64,000 nt of DNA, taken from contig JBAZYP010000003.1 of NCBI GenBank assembly GCA_041659265.1, positions 101,221 through 165,220 on the forward strand. The letters are read 5' to 3'. The notes under the pieces are model-generated. The model did no database searches, was not told where the DNA came from, and saw nothing but the letters and a program-made list of their open reading frames with translations. Shown in pieces: positions 28,548-39,500 of the stretch; position 1 is the first letter of the stretch, and each line of letters starts with the position of its first letter. Made by a program: the position numbers and the translations under genes. The stretch is from Candidatus Pacearchaeota archaeon. Its GTDB lineage: Archaea > Nanobdellota > Nanobdellia > Pacearchaeales > GW2011-AR1.

Positions 28548-29123
28548 ATGGCTATTGAAACATTAACAATAATTATTCTTGCAATTGCTGCTTTGTTAGG
28601 TGTATTAGTAATCATGTTCATATTCTATTATAATCGATTTACAGTTCTTGAGAATAGAATCGATAACAGTTTAGCGCAGATTGATGTACAATTAAAGAAA
28701 AGAGCAGATTTGATTCCAGCTTTGATTAAGACTGTATCAGGTTATGCAAAGCATGAGAAAAAAATAATGGAAGCAGTTACTCATGCTAGAGCATCAATGT
28801 TAAAGGGCGGAAATCTTGATAAGAGATTAAAAGCAGGCGATGAATTACAATCAGCATTAGGAAGATTATTTGCTATAGCTGAGAACTATCCTAATTTAAA
28901 AGCTAATGAAAATTTCTTGCATATGCAAACAGAATTATCTGCTATTGAAGATAAAGTAGCTTATTCAAGACAATTCTATAATGACTCAGTAATGTCATAT
29001 GAAAACGCAACTGAATTATTCCCTGGTGTATTCTTCTTTAAAATGATGGGCAAATCAAAGAAAGAATACTTGAAGATTTCAGAAGCAGATAAGAATATGC
29101 CTAAGATAGAGTTCGAAGAATAA
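28548..29123 (+). CDS. lemA: LemA-family membrane protein
   Basis: N-terminal TM, then NRFTVLENRIDNSLAQIDVQLKKRADLIPALI ... YPNLKANENFLHMQTEL ... YNDSV, which is typical of LemA. Confidence 0.75.
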   Translation: MAIETLTIIILAIAALLGVLVIMFIFYYNRFTVLENRIDNSLAQIDVQLKKRADLIPALIKTVSGYAKHEKKIMEAVTHARASMLKGGNLDKRLKAGDELQSALGRLFAIAENYPNLKANENFLHMQTELSAIEDKVAYSRQFYNDSVMSYENATELFPGVFFFKMMGKSKKEYLKISEADKNMPKIEFEE

Positions 29124-29266
29124 ATAGTTAGATTTATTTTTATTTTTTTTAGTCCTCAAATTCCCTAAGAATTTGAATGTCCAATATGCCTAAGATAGAG
29201 TTCGAAGAATAAATAGTTAGATTTATTTTTATTTTTTTTAACCCTCAAATTCCCTAAGAATTTGAT
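29097..29266. repeat. Two tandem copies of about 89 bp spanning the lemA stop codon (last 9 codons + stop + 3' flank duplicated)
   Basis: ATGCCTAAGATAGAGTTCGAAGAATAAATAGTTAGATTTATTTTTATTTTTTTTA(G/A)(T/C)CCTCAAATTCCCTAAGAATTTGA occurs at 29097 and again at 29186. Confidence 0.75.
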
Positions 29267-29314
29267 TTTATCAACTATAATAAATATTTTATAATAATTA
29301 TCTAATTTAAATAA

Positions 29315-29614
29315 TTGGAAAAAGCATTTAATAATATTCTAATTCCTAATATTATGGAAGATAAAACTTTGGAAATATTGGTCGATAGGATAAAGGGAGC
29401 AAAAATTGTACCAATATCTGCTGGTGGACAAGTTGATTGCAGATATTGTAAACATTATTCATATGAACAAGATGTTGAATTAGAATCTTGTAAATGTGAA
29501 AAAGGCTATTTTAACAGTCCATTTGGAGATATGAATCCTAATATTAATTTTGGAGCCTGTAAGGGTAAGGATTTTGAATTTAATAATTATTTCATTGTAT
29601 CTAAAAAAGAATAA
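29315..29614 (+). CDS. Small Cys-rich protein, 99 aa
   Basis: CRYCKHY ... CKCEKG ... CKGK. Confidence 0.3.
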   Translation: MEKAFNNILIPNIMEDKTLEILVDRIKGAKIVPISAGGQVDCRYCKHYSYEQDVELESCKCEKGYFNSPFGDMNPNINFGACKGKDFEFNNYFIVSKKE

Positions 29615-29619
29615 TTTTC

Positions 29620-30222
29620 CTATTTTTTTCTATATAAAATATTACCAATACTTTTCTTGTTCCTAATCTTTTGACCATTATGTAAAATTTTATTAATTTC
29701 TTCAGATATTAATTCAAGATTAGGTTTCCTTATCTTTCCATTAGTGTGCTGATAATTAGGGTCTTTAGAACATTTGAATACAAGTTCAATTTCGTCTTTT
29801 GTTATCGGTTTAACTCCTCGTTTTTCTAAAGCCATTTTACATATTACCTTTCTAGTTTCTGTATCTTGAGAATATAATCCAGCAGATCTTAAATAAATCT
29901 CTTCATTTCTTCTTGCAACATGATCTTTTTCAAGTTTTTCAAGTATAGATTCTTCAAATAATCCATCAAAAGCTTCATATAATCCTCCATAATATCCCCT
30001 TATTGCAAAACCAACTGCAGTTACAGCGACTCTATCCGATACATCAAATCTTCTTGCAATATCTAGATTTTGAGCAATTTCTTTTTGATATAACAATTGT
30101 GAATATTGGGTCTTTATTTTTTCACAATCCTGCACATTTCCAAGTATAGAACAAGCTAGTTCTAAGCCCTTTCTAATGGCTGCATATCTTCTTTGTTGAT
30201 TATCGCAACTTTTATCTAGCAT
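29620..30222 (-). CDS. Hypothetical protein, 200 aa
   Basis: ORF track. No family recognised. Confidence 0.4.
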   Translation of the reverse strand: MLDKSCDNQQRRYAAIRKGLELACSILGNVQDCEKIKTQYSQLLYQKEIAQNLDIARRFDVSDRVAVTAVGFAIRGYYGGLYEAFDGLFEESILEKLEKDHVARRNEEIYLRSAGLYSQDTETRKVICKMALEKRGVKPITKDEIELVFKCSKDPNYQHTNGKIRKPNLELISEEINKILHNGQKIRNKKSIGNILYRKK

Positions 30223-30443
30223 AGTATAATCCTTTCTAATACTTTATAGAAATCCTTTAAAAACTTATTGATTCTAATACTCTTCTCCTAATTGAACCTC
30301 ATTTTCATTTTATTAACCTTAATTAAGTCTTAAATCGTGGCGTTCTTGTTCAAAGTAATAGAACTTTGGACATAGCTCTAATCTAAAGCTTTTTATACCC
30401 TACTAATCCTATAAGAATCTCTTAAATTACTTAAAATATTATC

Positions 30444-31670
30444 ATGGAAACTTCATTAGCATTTGTTTTAGCAGGTGGAAAGGGAGATAGGCTCTCACCA
30501 CTAACAGATTTTAGGGCAAAACCAGCTGTGCCTTTTTCAAGATATAGGATAATTGACCATAATGTAAGTTCATTAATTAATGCAGGTGTAGCTAAGATTT
30601 TCCTTCTTCCACAATATCAACCACTATCTCTTGATGTTCATTCTGATAAAGCTTATCCTCATACAGATATGCGCCTTGAAAAAATAGTTAGATTAGCTTA
30701 TCCAAGGGAAATAAGAAAAGAAAGAGGAGAGACTGAATTTGCATGGTATTTAGGTACTGCTCATGCAGTTAAACAAAATATTGAATTAATAGAAAAATAT
30801 ACTCCAGATCATGTATTAGTTTTTGCTGGAGACCATGTCTGTTCAGTGAATGTAGCAGATATGCTTGATAAACATCATAAGGAAAAAAGAGATTTAACAA
30901 TAGCTGTTGAAGTAAGACAATTAAAAGAATCTGATTTTGAAATAGGAAAAGATAAGCAATTAAGATATAAATATGGAATAATTGACAGCGATAAAAATAA
31001 TAGAATTTTAGGGTTTAGGGAAAAACCATTAAGAAATGAAATGGGTAAACCTGGTGATGAAGTCCTTGTATCAATGGGAAATTATGTTTTTCATACAGAT
31101 CCATTAATGGACGCATTAAATGAAGTTAATGAAAAATTTAATGATTTTGGAAAAAATGTAATTCCAAGCATGTTAAATAAGAAAATGGATTTATTTATTT
31201 ACAGATTTAATGGTTATTGGAGAGATGTCGGAGATGTGGTTTCTTATTTTAATGCATGTATGGATTTAAATCAAATTCATCCACCATTAGACTATAAACA
31301 ATTAAGAAAAGAAAAAAGACCCATTATAACTGAAGGTGGAGAAATTCCTCCAACAAGGTTTGAAAGTCAAGGTAAAATTTCAACTGTTTCAGAAGGTAGT
31401 GAGATTTACGGAACAATTGAAAATTGTGTATTAGGTCAAAATGTCTATATTGGAAAAGGAAGTATTGTTAGAGATTCTATAATCTTTCCAGGAGTTATTA
31501 TTGAAGAAGGTGTTAATATAAGAAATGCAATAATTGATAAAAATAATACAATTCCTAGGGGTATAACTATTGGATGTTATGATCAACCGGGAGATAGATT
31601 AAAGCAATTCTATACTATTCCAAAAGATAATGATTACATAGCTGTTGTTCCTAAGGGTTTATTAAAATAA
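30444..31670 (+). CDS. glgC: NDP-sugar pyrophosphorylase, glucose-1-phosphate adenylyltransferase (GlgC)-like, with C-terminal left-handed beta-helix
   Basis: FVLAGGKGDRLSPLTDFRAKPAVPF ... YRIIDHNVSSLINAGV matches the GlgC N-terminal signature. The C-terminal hexapeptide-like repeats run GQNVYIGKGSIVRDSIIFPGVIIEEGVNIRNAII. Confidence 0.65.
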   Translation: METSLAFVLAGGKGDRLSPLTDFRAKPAVPFSRYRIIDHNVSSLINAGVAKIFLLPQYQPLSLDVHSDKAYPHTDMRLEKIVRLAYPREIRKERGETEFAWYLGTAHAVKQNIELIEKYTPDHVLVFAGDHVCSVNVADMLDKHHKEKRDLTIAVEVRQLKESDFEIGKDKQLRYKYGIIDSDKNNRILGFREKPLRNEMGKPGDEVLVSMGNYVFHTDPLMDALNEVNEKFNDFGKNVIPSMLNKKMDLFIYRFNGYWRDVGDVVSYFNACMDLNQIHPPLDYKQLRKEKRPIITEGGEIPPTRFESQGKISTVSEGSEIYGTIENCVLGQNVYIGKGSIVRDSIIFPGVIIEEGVNIRNAIIDKNNTIPRGITIGCYDQPGDRLKQFYTIPKDNDYIAVVPKGLLK

Positions 31671-31766
31671 AATAATGGGATTCTAATATTATTCTATGTT
31701 GGTTTATTATTCTTTTTTAAAATAATTATAATTTCATAATTTACTTTTGAAATTATAACAAAATGA

Positions 31767-32504
31767 TTATTGTTCTCTTCTATAAAATCTAATGATAGCT
31801 ATAATCATTAATATCTCTCCAAGAATAAATATTAACCAATTATAACTAACCGGAATAAAACTAGATACTAATTGATTAAATTCTATATTAGTTAGAAGAT
31901 TAAAATAATCTCCTAAAAATCCATTTTTATAAATTAAATTAAAATAATCTTTCATCCAAGTATAAAGCATCAAAATTCCTCCACTAAAAAGCAATATCCA
32001 TTCAGACTTCATAATTTTTATTTTTTTACCCTTATCTTCAAAATTAATTATTAAAAAAGAAAAAACAATCATGGTTATTGAACATATGATAGGTGCAGCA
32101 ACAGGGCCTAACCAGGGTATAGGTATTAAAAATAATATATCCCATGTAAATAATGAACTTGGCCAATCTAATATCACCTTTAGCCATATATAATAGAATA
32201 TATCCCAAATAGCAAAGCTAAACATAAAGTATGCAAATCTTTCATGAAACTTTTTAGCAGCTAGTATTGCAATAGTTACTAACATAACTATTGTAAAAAA
32301 TTCTCTAATAACTTCAAGACTATAAATATTAGAATCCATATTTGGATTTAATGGAAAATTAAATCCCTTTGGATAATACATCATTCGTAGATAAACTACA
32401 ATTATGGTTTCTAAAAAAGCCATTGCAATAGCAAATATACCAATTGTCAAAAATTTCTTAACACTATCTTTTTTCATGATTAAATTCTTGTATTTACTAT
32501 GCAC
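31767..32504 (-). CDS. Polytopic membrane protein, function unknown
   Basis: Multiple hydrophobic helices. Confidence 0.4.
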   Translation of the reverse strand: MHSKYKNLIMKKDSVKKFLTIGIFAIAMAFLETIIVVYLRMMYYPKGFNFPLNPNMDSNIYSLEVIREFFTIVMLVTIAILAAKKFHERFAYFMFSFAIWDIFYYIWLKVILDWPSSLFTWDILFLIPIPWLGPVAAPIICSITMIVFSFLIINFEDKGKKIKIMKSEWILLFSGGILMLYTWMKDYFNLIYKNGFLGDYFNLLTNIEFNQLVSSFIPVSYNWLIFILGEILMIIAIIRFYRREQ

Positions 32505-32652
32505 TTATTACTGGTTTATGAGGTCTCTTCAGATGAAATTCGCAATTAGGTTTCTTGCAAGCTCTTCCAAGCCATTCTTCGCACTTATCACAATAATAGG
32601 AATCAAATTCCTTATTGTAAGTGTCTTCGTTTCCACAATATTTGCATTTCAT
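32497..32652 (-). CDS. Small zinc-ribbon protein, about 51 aa, not in the ORF track
   Basis: Manual minus-strand translation gives MKCKYCGNEDTYNKEFDSYYCDKCEEWLGRACKKPNCEFHLKRPHKPVISA, with two CxxC pairs. Confidence 0.35.
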   Translation of the reverse strand: MKCKYCGNEDTYNKEFDSYYCDKCEEWLGRACKKPNCEFHLKRPHKPVISA

Positions 32653-32829
32653 TTATTTATCAAGTTTATCTAGTTATTATATCTTACTTATTTTTGTTAC
32701 TATTTTAAAGGCTAAAAAAGAATTTTATAGGGTTTTTAAGGCTTAAAAAACCATAATTTAAAATAATGATTTTCACTATGAAGTAGTAATATTTATATAA
32801 TCTTATATAATATATTTCCTAGATTAAAA

Positions 32830-33480
32830 ATGAATAGACAAATATTGACTGAATTTACTCTTGAAAACTTAGATTTAATCGCAAATCTATATGGGGCTAT
32901 TAGAAGGTTATCATCTAAAGATGGTGCTGAGGGTTTAATCTATGAACCAATTATTGATAAAGAAAATAATCTCCAGAGTATAAATTATAATATTGAAAGA
33001 TTGACTGAATATCTCTCTTTTTTTGCAGAAGACTCAAAAAGATTATCAGAAAAACTTAAGTTAGAAATGATTAAAAAAAAATCCTTATTTTTTGATTTTC
33101 ATCCATCAAAAACCTATAAAGAAGGTCAATTATCCGGCCGCCCATTGATATATCTTGGGCATATTACTGATAAAAGAACTGTTAATATTTATGGAAAAGA
33201 TCATGAATTTTTTGAATGCAGATCTAATGAAGACTCGTACCCTGGTTTTCAGTATCCTAAAGAAATGTATAATGCGAGTGGAGTATATACAAATGGAGAA
33301 TATACCTGGTTTGATAATCCTAATGTATTTGAGCATAATAGTATTGAAGAAGAAACGTTCTATCTTGATAATGGCATTGAACTGCCCCTAAGATCTCATA
33401 TGAAAGTTTTGGATAGGTTTAGTCTTGAAGAACTTATTGTATTCAAAAGATTAGGTGAAAAAAACTATAAAATTTCTTAG
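32830..33480 (+). CDS. Hypothetical protein, 216 aa
   Basis: ORF track. Confidence 0.4.
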   Translation: MNRQILTEFTLENLDLIANLYGAIRRLSSKDGAEGLIYEPIIDKENNLQSINYNIERLTEYLSFFAEDSKRLSEKLKLEMIKKKSLFFDFHPSKTYKEGQLSGRPLIYLGHITDKRTVNIYGKDHEFFECRSNEDSYPGFQYPKEMYNASGVYTNGEYTWFDNPNVFEHNSIEEETFYLDNGIELPLRSHMKVLDRFSLEELIVFKRLGEKNYKIS

Positions 33481-33530
33481 ACCCCTTAAATTCTTTGATT
33501 AGTATTTTTTCTTATAAAAATTTACTTGTT

Positions 33531-36500
33531 TTATTCAGTAAAAATTCTTGTCTTGATAAATTGCCGCATTGCATCAGGATTTCTATATTCTGTGAATGCA
33601 GCAGGAGTGAAGGTATCTTCTACAAATGTTTCAGGGTTTCTTATGACTAAAGAAACTGTACCATCAGATTCTAATCTATAAAGTTCATGATAAATTGGTC
33701 CAGATGGGGTATTTTGTATAGTATAAAACGCAGGATTTCGTTCACTAATTGGTTTTGCAAGTTCTGCAATTACTCTGTCAGTTACATCAAATGCACCAGC
33801 ATTATCAATATTAGTATACTTCTTTACTAATGCCGGATCAAGCATACCAATATATGCTCTCTGGTGCTCAGGTAATGTAACTGAAATCATTTTGGAATAT
33901 TCCTTGCCTGAAACAGGATTTAAAACTGATTCAGACAATATTTCATCAAACATTCCATACATTTCATTTCTTCTTATAATTAAACTTGCATCTTTTGATG
34001 TACCCCATCTTCCAATTTCTCTAAGGTTACCAAAAAAGTCTCCTGTTGGAGAATCAAAAGTGCTCATTGAACCTGCAACTTTTCCATCAATCTGGATATT
34101 ATAAGTTTCAGCACGGCCAACTTTATTCAAAATCTTTTGTTTTGTATAAACTGCATAGGGTCTTAGTTTTTCATTTGCAGCATTAGCATAATCAATAAAA
34201 ACAACTTCTGCATTCTCAACAAGATCTGCTGAAGCAACAACTCGTGATTGTGATATTGGATGTATTGCAGATTGAGAAAATCTTGCAGCAGGTTCTGAGT
34301 TATAATATTTCATCAAGGCACGTCTTGCATCCGGATGTTCTCTTATGAATGCATTTGTCATTTCTTCAGGATTAAATATATCTACAATATCTGCACTATC
34401 AATATCAGATAAAATTTTTGATAATTCCTCACCTTGATAATTATTTAAGACATAATCTTTAAAATCCTCGGTAAGTGCGCTAACATCTGTCAACTTTTTT
34501 GAACCAAACTGCATTCTTCTAGCTCTATCAGTTAAAGTCTTAAGTTCTTTGAAATATACCTTTTCTAATTCACGTTCAACTCCAGTGTCATCAATTAGGT
34601 TACGTAGAGCTGTTGTTCCATCAGGATTCTTTACTCTTACTTTAATATCAGGAAAAGTTATTGTTCCACCATTTGCAGCTGGTTCGAATTTAAGATTAGA
34701 GAAATCAGCATGATTCCTTAAAATATTCTCAGCTCTTGTTGGATATTTTCTTTTTAATCCAGAATTAATCTTTACAATATCTGCTTCTTCAATAATTATT
34801 GTTCCTGATTTTCTTACTTGGAGTGATGGATTATTAAAAAAACCAGTACCTGTTGGTGTTTCTAATAAGTTCTTTAATTGATTTGTTGCTGCAAACGGAT
34901 CTTCCATGTTCCTTATAACTTTCATAGCATCATATTGTTTATAGAAAATATCTGCCTCAGCCTTTGTAAGCTTGGATAGACTTCTGTACATTTTTTCAGC
35001 ATGAGTCCTTTCAACAAGATCAATTATTTCCTCTGCAACATCAACAGCTGAACTTTCAATTTCTGCAGCTGTAGCTGTAGATTTGCCTCTAAAAATCCTC
35101 CATCTTGATGTTCCGTCAGGAGCAGGAGTTGTTTTTAAAACAAGAATAACTTCATCTGCAACCTTGCTTTCTAATACTCCAACCCTGGTAAGGATATTTG
35201 TTCCTACTCTTTTTATAATCCTCAATGTAAAAGGAAGAGCTTTAGAAAGTACAGCTCCTGTAGCAATATTAAAAAGACCTTCTCCAACATCTGTAAGGAC
35301 AGCATCAGTCATACTATCATATTCTTCAGGGTTTAATTTGTATCTTATTGCATTTACTCCACCTGTAAAATAAAATGGCAGTTCCAACATTGTTTGCATC
35401 AATGCAGCATTTCCATTATAACCATTTGCCATTTCAATATAATCAGAACCAACAGTTTCATCAGATACTGAAACAATTTGACTGTCATGAACATACCAAC
35501 CAACTATCACGAGATGATATGCACCATGACCACCTTCATAGACTTTATCTTTTTTTGCTTTAAAAGAAGTCTTAACCTTAAGATTCTCATGGATATAAAC
35601 ATCTTCTGGTGTTGTTCTTTTTCCTGCTGCAACCTGAAGGTCTTTAAAAAAACTAAAGCACATAGAGAAAATAGTCTTAGGGTCAGCTACCCCATAATCA
35701 TTTACAATAGGATAACTTATCTGTACTTTTCTTACAATTTTTAATTTCTCTAATGCTTTCATCTCTGCATCTGAGATAAGATTGTAGTTCCTGATATATT
35801 CAAATTTCTGTTCCTTGGTAATATCAGTTCTTAATGCAGTTTTCGATGAAAGATCAATCGCTTTCATTAATTTTGCCCATGCATCTTTTGGATGAATATT
35901 ATAATCCACAAATCTTCCTTGCATATTTTGTGCATTTACTTTTATTATAGGTAACCTAGAAAAATAATAATCTGCAATTTCTTGATATGTTGCACCATCA
36001 GGACCATAATTAAAACTTCTCGGTTTATCATCAAACTCTTTATAGACCGAGTAATAGTTTATCGGGCAAACCTCCGGATCAGTTATAACTTTTCCTGTAA
36101 ATCCAACATCGTATAAATAACCAGTGCCACATGAAAATTCCAGACTAGGATTTAGTTTAAGATCTGTTATGCATAAAGCTTTTTCACTATTGCAAGTCGG
36201 ACATTTGAGTGTTAACATTTTTTTTGAAAAATAACCATTAAATATCTCACGAAAGTAACCATTAGGATTATTTGATAGGGATTTTGTTGTAATAGTATTA
36301 TCAGAATTAGTTAATAATAGAGAACAAGAGCCAGCTGACTTTGTTGCTCCACGCAAGACAAAAATATTATATTCATTATAAGGTAGGAAGAAGACATCTT
36401 TTTCACTTGTAGTGGGACTAACTAAAAACTCAATATTTGTCCATGTTAGTTCAGGTGTAATATTGCATGTACCAGTTTGGCAAGAATTTATACGAGGACT

Positions 36501-39500
36501 TTTAAGGAGCTTTATTTCTGTTGACTTGCTTGTAAAAGTTGTGCATAATTGGTTTGTTTTTAGATAATCATTGATAAGAGTAAAGATTTCAGCTCCAGCA
36601 GATGTTTGAGTACCGTTAATAGCTGTATATGTTAAGCTGTTGCAATCATTATAAAAATCCAATCTTGGCTGATAACTTGAATTTGTCTCATTAGTAGTAT
36701 ATTTAATTATGACTGAAATAGAACTTGAATACAATGATAAATTATTCAATAAAGGAATTATTCTGTTGCAAAGTGTACAATCACTTGGATTGTCTGTTGT
36801 GAAGATAATATTTCCACAAGACTGTGGAACTGAATAAATATAATTAACATTAAATGTACTTGTTGTTTCTATAGAGGGCATTACTGATGTAAAATTCATG
36901 TACCTAGTTTCATTAGGTTTTAGAGTAACATTATAGTCTCCAATAATGAATGAACCCGTAGGAGGATGGATATGATATGTTAAGTTTATATCAAGATAAT
37001 TGAACAATTCAATTGACCCATTGAATAATTTACCTACTTCAAAATTTCTTGCATAAATCCATTGAACACTAGTCCCATTAGAGCCATTTTTCCACATGTT
37101 TCTGACATAACTTTCTCCTTTGTTGCAATATTGATTGCATCCACATTGAGAGTTCGAAGTGCACGAATCATTGATTATCTTGCATGAGGATCTTGTTGAT
37201 TCACTTCCATTACAACATCCGATTTTTCCAGATATTGAGCAATTATTAAAAATTGGTACTTTTAAACAAGTTCCATTGAAACTTTCTTTTGGTTCAGCTT
37301 TAAAGACAAAATTATATGTATCAGATATATCTGAACTAATACTACATTCAAGAGGATTATTATTTATATAATTATTTACACATGATTCAAATCCAACAGT
37401 ACCAGAGCAGACTTTTCTATTATCTCTATTTAATGCAACCGGATAGTTTGATAAGCCATATCTTGTTTCAAATCTTGTTTTACAATATTTCTGTATATAT
37501 CCATTATAACTAGAGGTTGCAAAGTCAAAAATATTAAAAGATCTAAAAGGTAGGGGATATATGTTCTGCATTATTTTTATGATATGATTAATTGTTTTTT
37601 GTCTTGTTAAACAAACACTTTCAGCTTTTGAATCATATAATATTTTTATGCAATTCATTCCACCAGGTACTGAGAGATCTAATTTATTTATACCTTTTTG
37701 AGGTATTGATTTTTTAATCTCAAAAACAAAACTATAATCTAAAAAATTAGTAGCATAATTAAAATTAATTATTTTATTCTGTTTAGCTAAAATTGTTCCT
37801 TTAATGGGTTCATTAATAAAATTTGAAGCTTCTACTCCAATTAAAATCTGACTAGTATCATAATAAACACTTTTTAAGATTACTTCATACTTTATTGGCA
37901 CATCAAAAGGATTTGATATGACTATAGGTTCTGTAATAAGTTTTCCAGGTTTAATGTTCAAATATACAAAATCATTACCTTTTTTTATGATTTTTTCACT
38001 ATTATAATACTTGCAATATTCACAACTTGAACAGGCTTGATTATTTTGAGAACAAGTTTTTCCAATGACTTTTGTACAAATTCCAGATGAACATTTTCCA
38101 GATTTTATTACTCCTTTTCCATTATAAGGATCTTTTTCATAAAATGTACATGACTTTCCATTTTTAGTCGAGTCAGCAATACAACCTGCATTTGGATTAT
38201 TAATATCGCATGTTTCACATTCAGAACAAACTTTAGAAATTCTATCAGCTCTTAAATATGCCCAATCAAAAATACCTGAATATGAATCTCTTAGGACAAG
38301 ATCAGGAAGAAAGGAGTATTCAACAATTATATCTCTGTTGGAAATAACTCCAAGACTATCCTGTTTATAACATTTTTTTGGGGGATTAGCGGGTGGAGAA
38401 CATTTATTTCCTGATTGAGAACAAACATAGGATGTTGTATATTGATCTGTTCTAGAATGTACAGTAACTTTATACCATCCAGAAGTATTGAAAATTTTGC
38501 ATGTATTGCTTGCAGTGCAAGGTATTTCAGTTCTTTCATAATTATATATTGGAGGGTAAGAGATATCACATCTATAGGTTTTTGTTTCAGTCTGAGTACA
38601 TTTTTTTGGTACAGGGCAGATTGGATTAGGAGTATTACAAGTACTAATATTAGAACAATAAGCCATACCCCAACATTGATGAATGCACGCCCCATTAGAG
38701 CATTGCTGACAATTATTTTTTTGTTTACATTGATCTATTATAGAACTAGTTAATGATGTTTGATTATAATAACATGATTCGCAAAGGTTTGGATTAGGAC
38801 TTTCACTTAAAGATTGACCATTAAAACAAAATGAACAGCTGCCATTAATAGCAGGCATAGTTGATGAACAATTTCCATTAGAACATGTTTGACAAGCTGT
38901 ATAATTGCATTTTGATTTGCATGCACCACCATTGCATGTCTGACATCCAGTGCAGGTTGAAGTGCAATTCTTTTTTGAAGAATCATATTGTAAACAATTA
39001 CTTTCACTGCAAGTAGAACACTGAGTGCCATTCCAAGGAAGTCCTTTCTTGCAATCAAATGAACAATTTCCAGGATCATCAACAATAGCAAAACCAGTTA
39101 TTGCATCAGCGGTTATAGTTGGTTTTTCTTTTCCAAGAAATAATCCTTTAATGAATTTATTAAAGCCTACTAACCTTTCTCCAAAAGATTTTTCATTAGG
39201 TTCTTTTTGTGTTATTATTACTTCTGGTTTAATTTCTTCATTTTCTTCTACGGGTTTTAATGAACTTAATGTACCTAAATTATCTATTTCATATTCACAT
39301 TGACATTCATCTTTTATTGAACTTACAAGAGTCCAGGTTCCACATCTTCCTCCGCATCCATCTTCACTGCATGAATATATATTATTTGAACAATGAGGGA
39401 CACAGGTTCCATCGCATACTCCATTAGTACATGTTTGACCTACTTGACAAGTTCCACATGTTCCAGAACATCCATCTGATCCACAAGTCTTTCCAGCACA

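Noticed and set aside
32404-32673. Plus-strand 89-aa ORF from the ORF track
   Set aside because: It overlaps the end of the minus-strand membrane-protein gene and a well-formed minus-strand zinc-ribbon ORF (32497..32652). Its composition (F/I/K-rich) is typical of antisense translation of AT-rich DNA.
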